Assembly (NCBI GenBank): GCA_010909165.1
Contig: VJWM01000103.1
Location: 248,001-312,000 of the forward strand
Origin: Anthoceros angustus
Lineage: Eukaryota; Plantae; Anthocerotophyta
DNA: 64,000 bases
Direction of reading: 5' to 3'
Shown here piece by piece: positions 37,101 to 49,610 of this stretch (within the stretch, counting starts at the first letter, position 1; every line of letters begins with the position of its first letter). The position numbers and the translations under genes were made by a program. The notes under the pieces were generated by a model that saw only the letters and a list, made by a program, of their open reading frames with translations, had not been told where the DNA came from and did no database searches.

Positions 37101-37985
37101 CTTGAGCAGACCTCCTTGTTGGCCGCGCAACATCTTCCCGCCGACTGATTCATGGCCGAAGGTCCGTATAACCCGGAAAATATCTAGGTGCCATTCCTCC
37201 ACCAGCTCCTCCGCCTCCTCTAGCCAGGATCAAGTCCGTAGCGCAGTGACGATGTTGCGCTCCACCAAGCGCCATGGCTCCCACACCTCCGCCGCTTTCT
37301 TGGGCCCCATTGCCTCGCTCCTTCTGGTCCGCTGTTGGGGCTTGAAGCTTGATCGTCTTATGTTCCTCTGCTGCCGGCATGCCCAACCTCAGACTAACGA
37401 CTACGTGAGGGTGCTTGAGCGCTCGAAGAGACAATGCCGGTGAGCCGAGTGCGAGCTGAGAGCAGGAACCGGGCGAGGTCGCTAGGAAGAATGACCTCTG
37501 CCCCAAGCCGCATAGCCGAGTAGCCGCGGGAGGCGGCTCGTCGTTATCGCTGAGGCTGCATGAATCTCCGCCCATGGCTTACTCTACGGCCTTCTGCCAG
37601 CGTCACTCTGTGCTCTTACGCCTGTTGTGTGCGGAGCGTGAATACCGCCTACTAAGCACTGCAACCCTACGGTCACAGTGCTGCATGCCCGCCCACCTCT
37701 CGATCATCCACGTGGCCCCGTCATCTAAAACACGCTCCACTCTAAGTTACTTTACTTGGCGATCTCGTCTGCCTCAGAGTGGGGTCCCGACTTACCCGCT
37801 CAGTGTGGTCGGACTTTCCCCCCAGTGTAGTCGTAGCTCCTCGGGTGTGCTCCGAGTCCCTCGGCCTACTCAGGTCCATACGCCTTACACTCAGTGCAGT
37901 CCAGATACTCAGGACTTATTTCTTCCTTTCCGCCTTATTTTCTACTCGCCTCTGAAAAAAACAAAACCTAACTCATTTCCTACGA
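34190..37985 (-). mobile_element. Decayed retrotransposon accessory ORF, copy 1 (~1000 codons, ATG 37310) plus upstream leader
   Basis: Starts MGPKKAAEVWEPW. It contains VHWNMLTKVDHLGDNL..FLHDL and KPPPSALSPFIIHVWGH, then an E/R/A-rich coiled coil, then AHVEEAIQQVDSDF.YYHVELLKA and PDPEVRTPE repeats. Several stops and frameshifts. Collinear with 40675-47645. Confidence 0.75.
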
Positions 37986-40900
37986 GACTGTGGTCCCACG
38001 GTCGACGCCTCTAAAAGTGTGGGCACTTCCCATTTCCAATTTTGAGCTCACTGTCACCTGTTGGTGAGGGGTGGAGCACCGTAGCCGTGCATAGCAATTT
38101 TGTGACATGGATTGCTTGCTATGTGCTTTTTGCTGGCATGTTGTTTTGAAGATTGTGCGGCCATAGGCTACCTTTGTTTTTTTCATGACGGTTGTCAAAA
38201 GATTCGAAGCATGGGCCGGTATGTCCCGGACTTTATCTAAGTGCAAACTGTCGGAATATGGCATGATCAGCCGGCCCCAAAGGACAAGTCGGACGGTGGA
38301 AAGGCGGAGGCAGGCCATGCCAAACGCTTCTATGAACCATCTTGGGATATAAAGGGATCGGCGCAGCCCCGTTCACGCAAAGTGCAGTCGATGGATTCGA
38401 AAGCCTCCAACTCAGTTGGTAGGATACGTCGTGCGGCAAATGGCTATCAGAATGTCAATGCTGGGTTGCATATGATTTATCCCAACACATGATATGTGGT
38501 TTGCATATGATTTAACCCATGAACTAAAACGCCACGGTCGGGTGACGGGACGCCCACCCGTCCATGTCTTGACACCAGATGATGGCGGCACGCTTCACCC
38601 ATACGGGCCCTGATGCGCGCATAGCTCGTGTGGAGGGGAGAGGGCAGGCACAAAGTTGCGTTAAAGCGAGCGGCTTTGACCCTTCCGCCTTTTTTTGGTC
38701 CGCAGCAGATGGAACGGGACGGAATTGGATGAACAAACCCTTGTAACGGCGGTGGCGAGAAGGCTTATTGGCGAACGTCGGTGGAAGATTGACGGATGAA
38801 GGGTATGCAAGGCAGCCACCAAACCTTGGAAAACCGGCCAGCCCCCACACCCGAAAGACGAGGGAGACGGTTTCCACCCAGAATCTGGGATGGTGTAATG
38901 ACCCCGTTTTCCATCCACGTAATGACGGTCGACATATGCGACATTACGGTTGCACCATAACCACTCATTGCGGACACATCCAGTGGTTACCCCATTCGGC
39001 CCCACAAGCGAACTACGCGGCAATGATGCCGACGTAAGGTCACCGTCATATTCTGCCTCGATTTGTAGTAGTGAGGGTAAGGACCCCTGTAGCAAAAGGG
39101 CGTATTGTACTGCGGCTTCTGGATGAGGATGCTCATGTCCCTGGCTTCTGCCTGCATGGTGAGCGGGTGCTCACTCTAAATGTGTATGTGGTTGTTGGGA
39201 TAGGAGGGGCTGCACATCTTAACCGCCACGGTGGCTACGATGGTTTCTTGAGCAGGGCTGGGGCCTACCCCGCAAGTGGTGCTTGAGGAGATGAGCGAGG
39301 CGGAGGCGGAGGCGTGGAGGAGGAACGACGGTGGCTGTCCGATGATGAGGAGCGGGATAACATGCATGGGCGCAATAGACAAGCGGCACCCCCTGGAAGA
39401 GGTGAAGGAACCACGGGCAGCGAAAGTGAGGTGGAGGTTTTGAGGGAGAACCGTTCGGATCAGAGGCGTGGTAGGAGAGCGAGGGGGACATCCATGGGCC
39501 GCAGGGCTAGGCAGCAACCGCGGAGGCGGCCGCACTGATTTTAGGGGAAGCGGCATCATAGGCCAGGGGTTTGTTTTCTTGGATTAGAGGATAGGGTGTT
39601 TTAAGGGCCTGTGGAGCTGTAGTTACCTAAATTGGTAGGCGTGCTCATGGTGGTTGGCCATATTTTCTAGACACTGGAGAGAAGTGAGCTGTGGTGATTC
39701 ACAGCTGGATGTATAAGAGACCCTTTTGTGTCTCTCTTGATAGAAAGTTTCAGGTGTGAGGTTCCGTGTGTCGAATCTGCGCGCAAGGTTGATTGGAGAC
39801 GTCTAATCAATAACGGACTGATTCGGGACACCGCCTTCTCGTCACAAGATTGCCGGGAAGATCCCTGGGTGGTCGAGAGCTGAGTGGCCAAGCTCCACTT
39901 CTGGAGCAATTAGCGGTGAGGGGCACTCTATGCATGCCGGAAGGGGAGAATTTCCGCAGAGGACCAGGGTGAGATCGTGGCTGTGCGAATTGCCCAGGCG
40001 CTAACCAGCTGTTTTCTTCCTCTTCTTCCCAAACCGCTGTCTAACCGGATTGTGTTTAACTCTATGAGAGGGGTCTGTGTGGCCCGAGGTAGAGAGGTCT
40101 GTGTGGCCTGAGAGAGGAAGTGGCGAGAGCAGCTTGAGTGTGGTGGTATTTGAGAATTTAGGAAGGAAGAGAGGGAACGGAGCGAATCGGTGACGGGTGA
40201 GGCGCGGCGGCGTGAGTGGCCGAGGTAGGCGTCTGCCGTGAGTTTTTGGGTGGATGCCCCTGGAAGTGAACTGGAGTGGGCGCGAATCTGTGTGTGAGAC
40301 TATAACCCTTAGAATCATGCTAGAGGAATCGGGTGCCAAGTGGACGTTGCGGTAGTGGTCCCACCGCAGCGGTGAGTCCACCACTGCCTGAGTCCACCAT
40401 GCGAGGCCGAGTTCACGACGGCGGCGAACTTACCACGGTGGTGGGTTCGGACGCGGTAGTGGGTTGCGGCTGGGTAGGGCTAACCGTAGTAGGGTTAGAA
40501 TCCATAGTTTTGGAACATCTTGACACAAAACCATTCCCTTGGGATCGAATCCTAGGACTATAACGACATAGAGGGTAAATGTGGCCTCCCTGTGTCTCCG
40601 GACGCAAGAAACCATTCCACACTCTGCCCGAGACTCTGTCAGGCTGCGCTACTGACGGGGGCCTGACAACCGCAGTGACCACCAAGTCCTCCTCCTCGCC
40701 GTCCCTTGGCGCGCTGGTGGGTCCCTGCTCTGTATGTCCACTCGAAACCCGTTCTGCCTGGGTGGGTTGAGACGGATCCTCACTCACCCCTTCCCCCTCC
40801 TGAGTCCGGACCTCGGGGTCCGGCCTCGCTTCCGGAGTCCGGACCTCGGGGTCCGGCCTCGCGGGTTCCTGGACATCCTCACCCAAAGTCTTCTTTGGGG

Positions 40901-43449
40901 GTCCGTGTTCACCCACCGGACCCCCTTCCTGTCCCATATTCCCCTGGGCTTCTCCTCCCTTGACCCGCTCGGGAACCCCTTCTCCTTCCTCCCTTGTGGT
41001 GTGCGACGGACTTACTAAACGAGTTGCTCCCCTTGTGAATGGTTGCTGTGAAATTGCTTTGCTTTGGGTGTGTGGCAATGCCCAGGGAACTCTCGGCTTG
41101 AGGAACCTCTTGTCGTGTGGTGTCCGCCGTATCCCTCTCATCCGGGTGCTCTCTTCCCCGCTGCTGCTCTCGTCCCCGAACAGTGCCCCCAGGGTTCCTA
41201 TGGCGGCACTATCCCCCAGGCCCTCGTCTCTCCACCCTCCTTCCGACTCTTCTGGTGGCCCTTCAATTTGCCGTGTGTGGGGCACTACCTCCACCGCCTT
41301 GAGGAGCTCCACATGATAATATGCGAAGTCGGAGTCGACCTGCTGAATGGCCTCCTCTACATGGGCGCGGAGCACCCGATACTCACGCCTCGGAGGTTCT
41401 GCAGGCCCAGGCGTGTCGGGTTGCCTTGAGGCATTTACATAAGGTCCTCAGGGCAGATCTGAGTCCTCGAGGTGGCCACGGCCGCCTCCGCCACCTCCTG
41501 AATCCTCTACTGCTGCTCCGCTTGCTCCTCCTCCCGCTGTATCTGTAGCACGGCCAACTTGCTGGCCATGGACCGACGTTCTCCTTCTGCCTTCTGCAAC
41601 CGGACCAGCAACTTTTGCTCTTCCCTCGGAGCTCTCTCTCCCCTATCCATCCTTGCCCGGAGGGCCATCATATCTCTTTCCAGGCGGTCTGGCACCTCCG
41701 CCCGGCTCCTACTTCTTCCAAGTCCCTCTCCAACTAGGCGATATCCTGCTCCTTACTTCGCCGATGACTTGCCTCCACCCTTCAACAGAGCTGGAGCCGC
41801 TCTATCTCTCGCTCGTGATCCTCGATTCTCCCTTGGAGAATTCCGTTCTGCTCCTCCGTTACCTGAAGCTGTACTCCAGGGTCTCCTTCCGGCCCTCCAA
41901 CTCCTGGCGCCGTTCCTCCTGTCCTGCAGCTGTACCCGGAGGTCCCTTAGCTCCCTGTCTGTCTTGGCCGAGGCCTCCGCCTCCCGCGCCCCCTTCACCC
42001 GAGCCTCCCAGGCTTGGTTCTGCTCTTATCGGGCTGTTTCGGCCAAGTCCTTGGCCCTCTCCGCCTGCCTACGTGCTTCCTCCGCCTCCTCTTGGGCCGC
42101 TCCTCTCCTCCTGCAAAGGTCCTCTACCCGTGCTTGCGCCTCCTGTGCGTGCTTCAGCTGTTCACATAGTTGGAGCACCCTAGCCCGGTCCTGTTGGGCT
42201 GACCTGGCCTTCGACTCTATCGTCCGTCGCTTCTCCTCCTCGACCCTAGCGAGGGACTCCGCCTTCCTTCTGGCCACTTGGGCCGCCTCCGCCTGGCCCT
42301 GAAGCTCCACCATTCTCCTTCTGGTGGCCTCAACCTCCTGAGTCTTCTCTGCCGTCCCGCAAAGCCCCCAAAGCATACCGTCCATAACGGCTGCGAGAAC
42401 CCGCCGTGTTTCTTCCACGGCCCCTGCTGGGGAGATACCTGTGAAGTCCGCTGAGGGTGCGGGTATCTCCCGGTTCGTGAAGGACTGCCAGACCGCAGTC
42501 CGGAGGGAGGCCGGACTGGGAACTCCGGACCCAATCAGGACCCTTAGGGACTATTCTGGTCCGGAGCCTCTACCTCCTTGGCCTGCTTGGCCGCTAGCTC
42601 CTTCTCCGCCCACCTACGTTTGGGGTCCGGAGGCGGTGAAGGAGTCCGGGAGCTGGCTCGCTTTCCCCTCATGGTCGGCGATAGGACGGGCTCGGTGGGT
42701 TCTTTGCCTCCTCCTCTCCTCCTCCACAGGCATCTCGCCCCCTTCTCACCGCTTCCTCGACCTCCTGACACTCCGTTGGCAAGGGCAAGGGCACCGGAGC
42801 GGACCTTGGAGCAGTAGTGGTGGGGGCCGTTTTCCTCTTCTTTGCCTCCCTCTTGGTCCTGCGGGGTTTGGTAGTTGGGGCCGACGTAGGTTGCTGGTCT
42901 GCTGGCACGGCGACCACCAGCTCCCTCCCCATCGCGGTTGCTTCTGGTGCGGGGTGTTCTGGTGGAGGGACTAGAAGGAGGGAAGCGGGAATTTCTTTCC
43001 ATACTTCCCTGGGCGGCGAGGGAGTCTGCTCCAGCCGTATGGAGTTCGGAATGCCTTCCCAGTCTTTGTCCTCCTGGGTCCGCCTGGGCTTGAGTGGGCG
43101 ACCTTCTGGCTCCTAGGCCAGTGCCTCTCGCTCCGACTCAGGCAGGGTTACCAACCCTTTCCGGAGTGCTCGCTCCTCCTCTCCCTCCTTCAAGAGGTTG
43201 AGGTGTCCCCAAACGTGGACAATGAATGGGGACAGCGCCGAGGGGGGCGGCTTCTTGTTGCGCAGCTTCCTGGCCTCACTACTAGGGAGAGGGGTGTTTT
43301 ACAAAACCCCTTTTGCAAATCCCCCAATCTTTACAACGTCTAAACACCTCCGTTGTAAATTGGTTTGAGTTTCGCTGATGTGGCAAGTTTTAAGACTCGG
43401 TTTACAACAGGGGTTTCTAGTTGGATGATGTGGCACTCTTTTGGGTGCT

Positions 43450-44160
43450 CATTTACAACAACGGATTGATGACGTGGCTCCCACGTTGTAGATTACGTTG
43501 TAAAAGCTTTTTCAAAATTTGATCTTTATTTTTCTAAAATCTTTATTAACATCACTAATCACAAAAATATGATTGGAAGCCATTTACAGCGATGACGTGG
43601 CTCCCTTGTTGTAGATTACGTTGTAAAAGCCTTTTCTCAAAATTTGTTCTTTATTTCTTCAAAACTCTTTGTTATTATTATTAACCACAAAAATATGATT
43701 GGAAGCCATTTACAACAGCATGCGATGGCGTGGCTCCTTGTTGTAGATTACGTTGTAAAAGCCTTTTCTCAAAATTTGTTCTTTATTTCTTCAAAACTCT
43801 TTATTATTATTATTAATCACAAAAATATGATTGGAGGCCATTTACAACAGATTGATGACATGGCTCCTTGTTGTAGATTACGTTGTAAAACATTTTTCTC
43901 AAAATGTGTTCTTTATTTTGTTTAACTCTTTATTATTATTATTAATCACAAAAATATGATAGGAGGCCATTTACAGCGATTGATGACATGGCTTCCTTGT
44001 TGTAGATTACAAAAGTAATTTTCTCAAAATGTGTTCTTTATTTTTTAACTCTTTATTATTGTTATTAATCACAAAAATATGATAGGAGGCCATTTACAAT
44101 GATTGATGACGTGATTCCCTTGTTGTAGATTACGTTGTAAAGCATTTTCTTCAAAATGTG
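43450..44160. repeat. ~125-130-bp tandem repeat (about 5.5 units) in the CACTA left arm
   Basis: Unit catttaca...gatgacgtggctcc..gttgtagattacgttgtaaaa...cacaaaaatatgattggaagc, with starts near 43450, 43580, 43707, 43839, 43968 and 44091. Confidence 0.9.
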
Positions 44161-45019
44161 AGGCGGGAGGGCTATTTTAAATTTGATTGGGGTTATTTTG
44201 TGGGGGCATGATGAACGCGTCCATTCAAGAGTACGGAGGCGTGCCACTGCAACAGACTCCATTAATCCCAGCCCTTACACACACCGCATGGAGAGGGAAA
44301 AAGTTGAGAGGGGCTAGTGCTCTAATACTAGTAATCACGCCTTTAGCATTTTCTTTAGTGTTCTTATTGTGAGGTACCACCTCTATGCCCATGCAAGTGC
44401 GCCTTTGCCCGATGGTACATGTTCGTACATGCTTACCTTCGAGGCCATTGTATGGCCAGCCATTGTCGGGCGTTAGGCGCCCATTAGCGTTAATTGGGTG
44501 CCATTGTTGGGCGTTGGGCACCATTGTCGCGTTAATGGGCGCCATTGTTAGGCGTTAATTGGGCGCTCCGGCGCTTGTTATGCTCCGATGGCAACATAGC
44601 GGGGTGTCTGTGTTCGCATACGCCGGTAGGGCGTGAAGAGATAGAAGCGCAAGGCACTTAGGCTATTGTTGAGAGGGCCTCGGTGCTTGTCCTCTTGTTG
44701 CCTCGAATTTAGAAGCGGCGAGTACCGTGAGCATTGGTGTAGGGATGGGTGGATGATGCCTCGATGGAGACTTTGCTTTTGCAACCGGATGCACTCAATG
44801 ATTGTTGAAAGAGGACTGGATCGTGGAAATGTTTGTCCCAGAGTGATTTTGATGCTATCAAGTATCTCAGATATACCTCCGCTAAGGTGTGCTCGCTTTG
44901 GCTTGAAATTTTGCAACTTTGTAATAATGGATCAAGGATTTTGCTCTTGGAGAAGGTTGAGGAATCTAGCTAAGGCTTTGGGGCACACATTTTGGTGGAA
45001 GGTGTGCTCTAGACCCGAC

Positions 45020-45172
45020 TTTTCTTTACCATTTTCATGGGGCTGCTTGTGGCGTGTCAAGTTCTTTACCATTTTGCTGCTTGTGGTGCATCAAGTTGTT
45101 TACCATTTTGGTGGGGCTGCTTGTGTGTCAAGTTCTTTACCATTTTGGTGGGGCTGCTTGTGTGTGTCAAGT
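45020..45172. repeat. ~35-bp tandem repeat (about 4 units) inside the CACTA element
   Basis: tttaccatttt(ggtgggg)ctgcttgtg..gtcaagtt is repeated. Confidence 0.8.
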
Positions 45173-45859
45173 CCGGTGTCATGTAAGCTAATCTCGCTTT
45201 GGCTCTATTGGATTTTGACTTGCATCTTATATTCCTCTTCACATGCATGTTGTTGACCGCACATATGATGGCCTTCAAATCCAGGAGAATATCTAGTAGG
45301 AGGATCATCACAACCTTCAAGTGCAAGCGCATTCTAGTGCACCGCCTTGTAAAGATCGCGAACTTACAAGGCGTCGGATTATGTTACAATATATATTGCC
45401 TTCATTTATCCTAATTTTAAGATATTATGTATGCATTATTTTATGTAAATTTGGTCCCTAATTAGGGGCCAAATTTAGTTAAAATAATATGTATATATAC
45501 TGCCCAAAAATTAGGATTTAAATGGAATGGATATAATGTAATTACATTATTAAATTCATAGATTTATAATCTTAATTAGATACCTATTTATTTAATTCAA
45601 TAATTATTTTGTCAATATTATCATATATTGTATAAAGAGTCGTGTATTGTATGATATACATGTATAATTTGATCTTCGTATATGATACCATATAGTATAC
45701 CTTATGTCCACGTATGTATGAAAAGAGATGTATACTATTTTGTAGAATACGTATATATTTTAATGTATAAACAACGTTGTAAATCATTGAGACGTGAATT
45801 TTTCAAGTTGTAATCTACCTTGTAGATTTTGTTGTAAAACTAGCGATTCGTGAATTTTG

Positions 45860-46120
45860 AGGTTGTAAATGAGGTTGTAAATGAGGTTGTAAATGACGCT
45901 AAATGAGGTTGTAAATGACGTTGTAAATGACGTTGTAAATGAGGTTGCAAATGAGGTTGCAAATCAAGTTGTAAACGACCTTGTAAACCACGTAAACCAC
46001 GTTGCAAACGACATTGTAAACGACCTTGTAAACGACGTTGTAAATGAGCGTAAATGACGTAAAGTAAGGGTGTTTGAAGGTTGTAAATGAGGTTGTAACG
46101 TATATTGTAAAATACGTTGT
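45860..46120. repeat. 12-bp subterminal repeat array (GTTGTAAATGAG/C) in the CACTA right arm
   Basis: ggttgtaaatgaggttgtaaatgaggttgtaaatgacg... with degenerate units. Confidence 0.9.
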
Positions 46121-47645
46121 AAATAGACCCACTTTACAACCTAGTTAGTGTCGACTACAACCTCCTAATAACAACCTATTTTACAACCTAGATTACAAGG
46201 CAACCACGTTGTAAATGGCGTTGTCATTTAGGTTGTAAACGACGTTGTAAATGACGCTAAACGGCTACCCGGACACCTTACCCGTCCGGTTAGGTGACGT
46301 GGCGGCCACGTCGGCAACTTGCGGCGTGGCAACCTTGCCCACGTCGGCATTTTACAACCTAGTTGTCGCTACATAAACGCCAGAATGCCCGTTTTTACAA
46401 CGTGAGGTTGTAAATTACGTTGTAAAATGCGTTGTAAAACACCTGCGATTCTTGTAGTGCCTCCTGGCTGATCCGGGCGAAGATGATCCTTCCCCAGTCC
46501 ACTCTCTTCCCTCGCTGCAGGGCATGGAGGAACACAACCAAATTGTCACCAAGGTGGTCCACCTTGGTGAGCATGTTCCAGTGCACGATGACTTTCGCCA
46601 CCGCTCTCACCCGTCGGTCCAATAGGTCCGACATCAGCCATCCGTTTGAGGACCGCTGCGTCCTCGGCTTCAAGAGTGCCACCTTGGCTGCCTCCACCCT
46701 CCCTTTTACCTTGAGGGGCTCCGGAACTACGCCCCCAATCTCTTCCACCGGCCGATTGTAAACCGCTCGCAGGACCTCCACGGTCCATCTCCTTGGGTCC
46801 TCCCTCAAGCTCTTAGAGCGGACGGTTTTGTTGGCTACCGCGCTAGCATCTTCCGGGCATACTCCCGGACCAGCGTTACACTGTCGAATGTCCATACTGC
46901 CTGGAAGATGTCCAGGTGCCAATCCTGCACCAACTCCTCCGCCTCCTCCAGCCAAGTTCCAAAATCCGGGTAGCGCTTGGTGACGATGTTCCTCTTAACT
47001 GAACGCCAGGGTTCCCAGACCTCCGCCGCCTTCTTGGGCCCCATATTCGCGCACCGGCTGGTTTGTTATCGTGAGGTGATGGGCAACAATGCTCTTGCTG
47101 TGTTCCACCGCAACGAGCGCTCAGTTCGAGAAAGATGGCCGCTCGTATTTGCGCTTGAGCGCCGGAAGAGATAGCGCCAAAGAGCAGGATGCCTGAGTGC
47201 AAGAGACCGCGAAAACTGTCGAGAAGTCGGTCGCGAGAATGACCTTCTCTTAGCGTCAGAACGTCGGAAGTAATTGAAGCGCGGGAGGACGTCCTTTCGC
47301 GCCCGTGCGCAGTCTGCATCACTCTGGCCTTGCGCGCTCTGCCTCGGCGCATGTACTTGGGTCGTGGTTACCTGCCTATAACGGCCACTGACGCCCCGCG
47401 GTCCCGGTCCGTTTCATGCCCGTTCTCCTCTCAGCACCGTCCACTTGGCCCCCTTGCTGATCACGCTCCACCCCTTTCCGAAGTTACTTTTCTCAGCGAT
47501 CCGGAGTCTAGTCCAGACGCACCCCGGCCTACTCGAGAGTCCAGTCCGGAGTCACCCCGGCCCTATTTCCCCCCTTTCGCCTTATTTTCCACTCCACGCT
47601 AACAAAAAAAACAAAAACTAGCTCCTTACCTTCCTAAGGGAGAGC

Positions 47646-48311
47646 CTGCACCAACTCCTCCGCCTCCCCAAGTTCCAAAATCCGGGTAGCGCTTGGTGAC
47701 GATGTTCCTCTTAGCGAACGCGGGGTTCCCAGGACCTCCGCCTTCTTGGGCCCCATATTCGCGCACCGCTGGTTTGTTATCGTGAGGTGATGGGCAACAA
47801 TGCTCTCTTGTGTTCCACCGCAGCGCCGATTCGAAAGATGGCGCTCGTATTTGCGCTTGAGCGAAGAGATAGCGCCAAAGGCGGGATGCCCGAGTGCAAG
47901 AGACCGCGAAATCGCCGAGAAGTCGGCGAGAATGACCTTCTCTTAGCGTCGAACGCGTCGGAGTAATTGAGCGGAGGCGTCCTTTCACGCCCGTGCGCAG
48001 TCTGCATCACTCTCTGCCTTGCGCGCTACCGCTCGGCGCATTGGGTCGTGGTTACCGCCTATAACGCCATCGACGCCCAGCGGTCCCGGTCCGTTCATGC
48101 CTCCTCTCGACCGTCCACTTGGCCCCTTGCTGATCACGCTCCACCCCTTTCCGAAGTTACTTTTCTCAGCGATCCGGAGTCTAGTCCAGGCCTTTTGACC
48201 TACTCGAGAGTCCACCCGAGTCACCCGGCCCTATTTCCTACTTTATTTTTTCCACTCCACGCTAACAAAAAAAACAAAAACTAGCTCCTTACCTTCCTAA
48301 GGGGGAGAGCC
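47646..48311. repeat. Tandem duplicate of ~46925-47645 with many 1-4-nt deletions
   Basis: Both copies start cctgcaccaactcctccgcctc and end ccacgctaacaaaaaaaacaaaaactagctccttaccttcctaaggg(gg)agagcc. Confidence 0.9.
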
Positions 48312-48469
48312 CGCAGTCCACACCTGCCTCCAACCATTTGAACTTTAGTGACTTGACTTGGACTTCAAAGTCATATCCCTAGAGTACACATACTCATTTT
48401 GAAAATTTTCCGGTAGGATTAGGTTTCATCATCAAGTATCCTCATCATCAAGAGGTGAGTTTTCTTGAG

Positions 48470-49610
48470 GATAAGTCGCAACTACATTTCCTTCCGAATA
48501 AGAGAGATCGTGGGTCTTGTTATTACCGTCTCTTCGCAGGTTTACGTAACTTCGCCGCATGTAAGCTGACAAGAAAGAAAAACTTGCCTGGTGCCAAATA
48601 ATGGTGGAACTTCTTCGTTGCTGCAACCATTCCTGCCATTACTTGCTCAACCATATTGTACATGGTCTCACATCCCGTCATGAGGCTACCTGCAAAGTAT
48701 ATTGGAAGGTACACCTTAGTCTCATCATCCTGCCGGAATAAGTTGTACTCAAGAGACACTCTAGTTACTTCCACGCTCACATAGAATGTCTTTGACCAGT
48801 CTGGTGGTTTCATGACCTAGGGTGACACCATTAAATTCTGTAACCGCTCGTAAGATTCCATCATTAGTTCATCCCATACAGCTCCCGATTCTTCAGCATG
48901 GATCTGTACAATGGTGCTGCTACCTCTGTGAAATTGGGTATTAACCTTATGTAGTAACTTGGTGCTTGTACAAATGATCTTACTTCCTCTACGGTAACCG
49001 GCTGTGCCTTGGCCAGAAACTTCTTGATTTTCCTAGGCTCCACATGTACACCTCTGGAGTCAACCATGAATCCCAAAAGTTCCCCTTCAATAACAGCAAA
49101 TATGCATTTCAAGGGATTTAACCTGATATTTGCTAGGGTCAGTCTCGAAAACACTTCCTCCGAGTTTCCTGGATGATTAGCTCTTCTTCCATACACAGCA
49201 AAGTCATCTAAGAAAACGCGTAGGAACTTCCCTATTGTGGTACCAGCCTAGGGCCTCCATCATGACTTCCTGAAAATAAGATGGCGCATTATAAAGGCTG
49301 AAAGGCATTACCTTGTACATTAACACACCCCACGGTATCACAAAAGCTGTCTTGGGCTGATCTTCTTCGCAGATAGCGACCTGGTGAAACCCCGAGTAAC
49401 CGTCACAAAAAGAGTAGTCTCATGACCAGAAACTTCATCCAGTATCTCGTCCACATGAGGAAGGGGAAACCTATCCTTCCTTGTGGCTTTGTTTAACTCC
49501 CGGAAGTCGACAACATCCTAATTTTTACGTTCTTCTTCATTGAAATTTTGATCGGGGATACCCACTCCGGATATTGCACCGCCTCTATGCATCCAGCATA
49601 CAACGCAAGG
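48470..49610 (-). mobile_element. Degenerate Ty3/gypsy pol fragment (reverse transcriptase + RNase H)
   Basis: DFRELNKATRKDRFPLPHVDEILD, DGYSGFHQVAICEEDQPKTAF, YKVMPFSLYNAPSYFQ, VFLDDFAVY, LNPLKCIF...LLGFMV, VRSFVQ..SYYIRLIPNFTEVAAPL, PDWSKTFYV, KKFHHYL. Frameshifted; no integrase seen. Confidence 0.9.

Larger units (their letters stand above)
43277..46459. mobile_element. Non-autonomous CACTA (En/Spm) DNA transposon, 3183 bp, TSD CCT
   Basis: Left end CACTACTAGGGAGAGGGGTGTTTTACAA; right end (reverse complement) CACTACAAGAATCGCAGGTGTTTTACAA. CCT flanks both sides (43274-43276, 46460-46462). The empty site matches paralogous copy 1 (ggcctcctgg at ~36767). Abundant TTACAAC/GTTGTAA subterminal motifs; no transposase ORF. 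Confidence 0.93.
40675..47645 (-). mobile_element. Decayed retrotransposon accessory ORF, copy 2 (ATG 47044), split by a CACTA insertion
   Basis: Same motif series as copy 1: MGPKKAAEVWEPW; FLHALQRGKRVDWGRIIFARISQEA|RKLRNKKPPPSALSPFIVHVWGH; coiled coil; QQVDSDFAYYHVELL; PDPEVRTPE. Ends in the same A-rich aaaaaaacaaaa tract as copy 1. Confidence 0.78.

Noticed and set aside
40538-40556. tRNA B-box-like gggatcgaatcc
   Set aside because: No cloverleaf or A-box can be built around it.
40637-40668. TGTCAGGC...GCCTGACA inverted repeat as LTR termini
   Set aside because: The ends are only ~30 bp apart, with no PBS, PPT or TSD; probably chance.
43450-44160. CRISPR-like regular repeats
   Set aside because: Whole units repeat with no unique spacers, the context is eukaryotic with no cas genes, and the array lies inside a CACTA element.
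44666-45414. ORFs inside the CACTA element as transposase
   Set aside because: No TnpD/TnpA motifs; partly translated tandem repeats.
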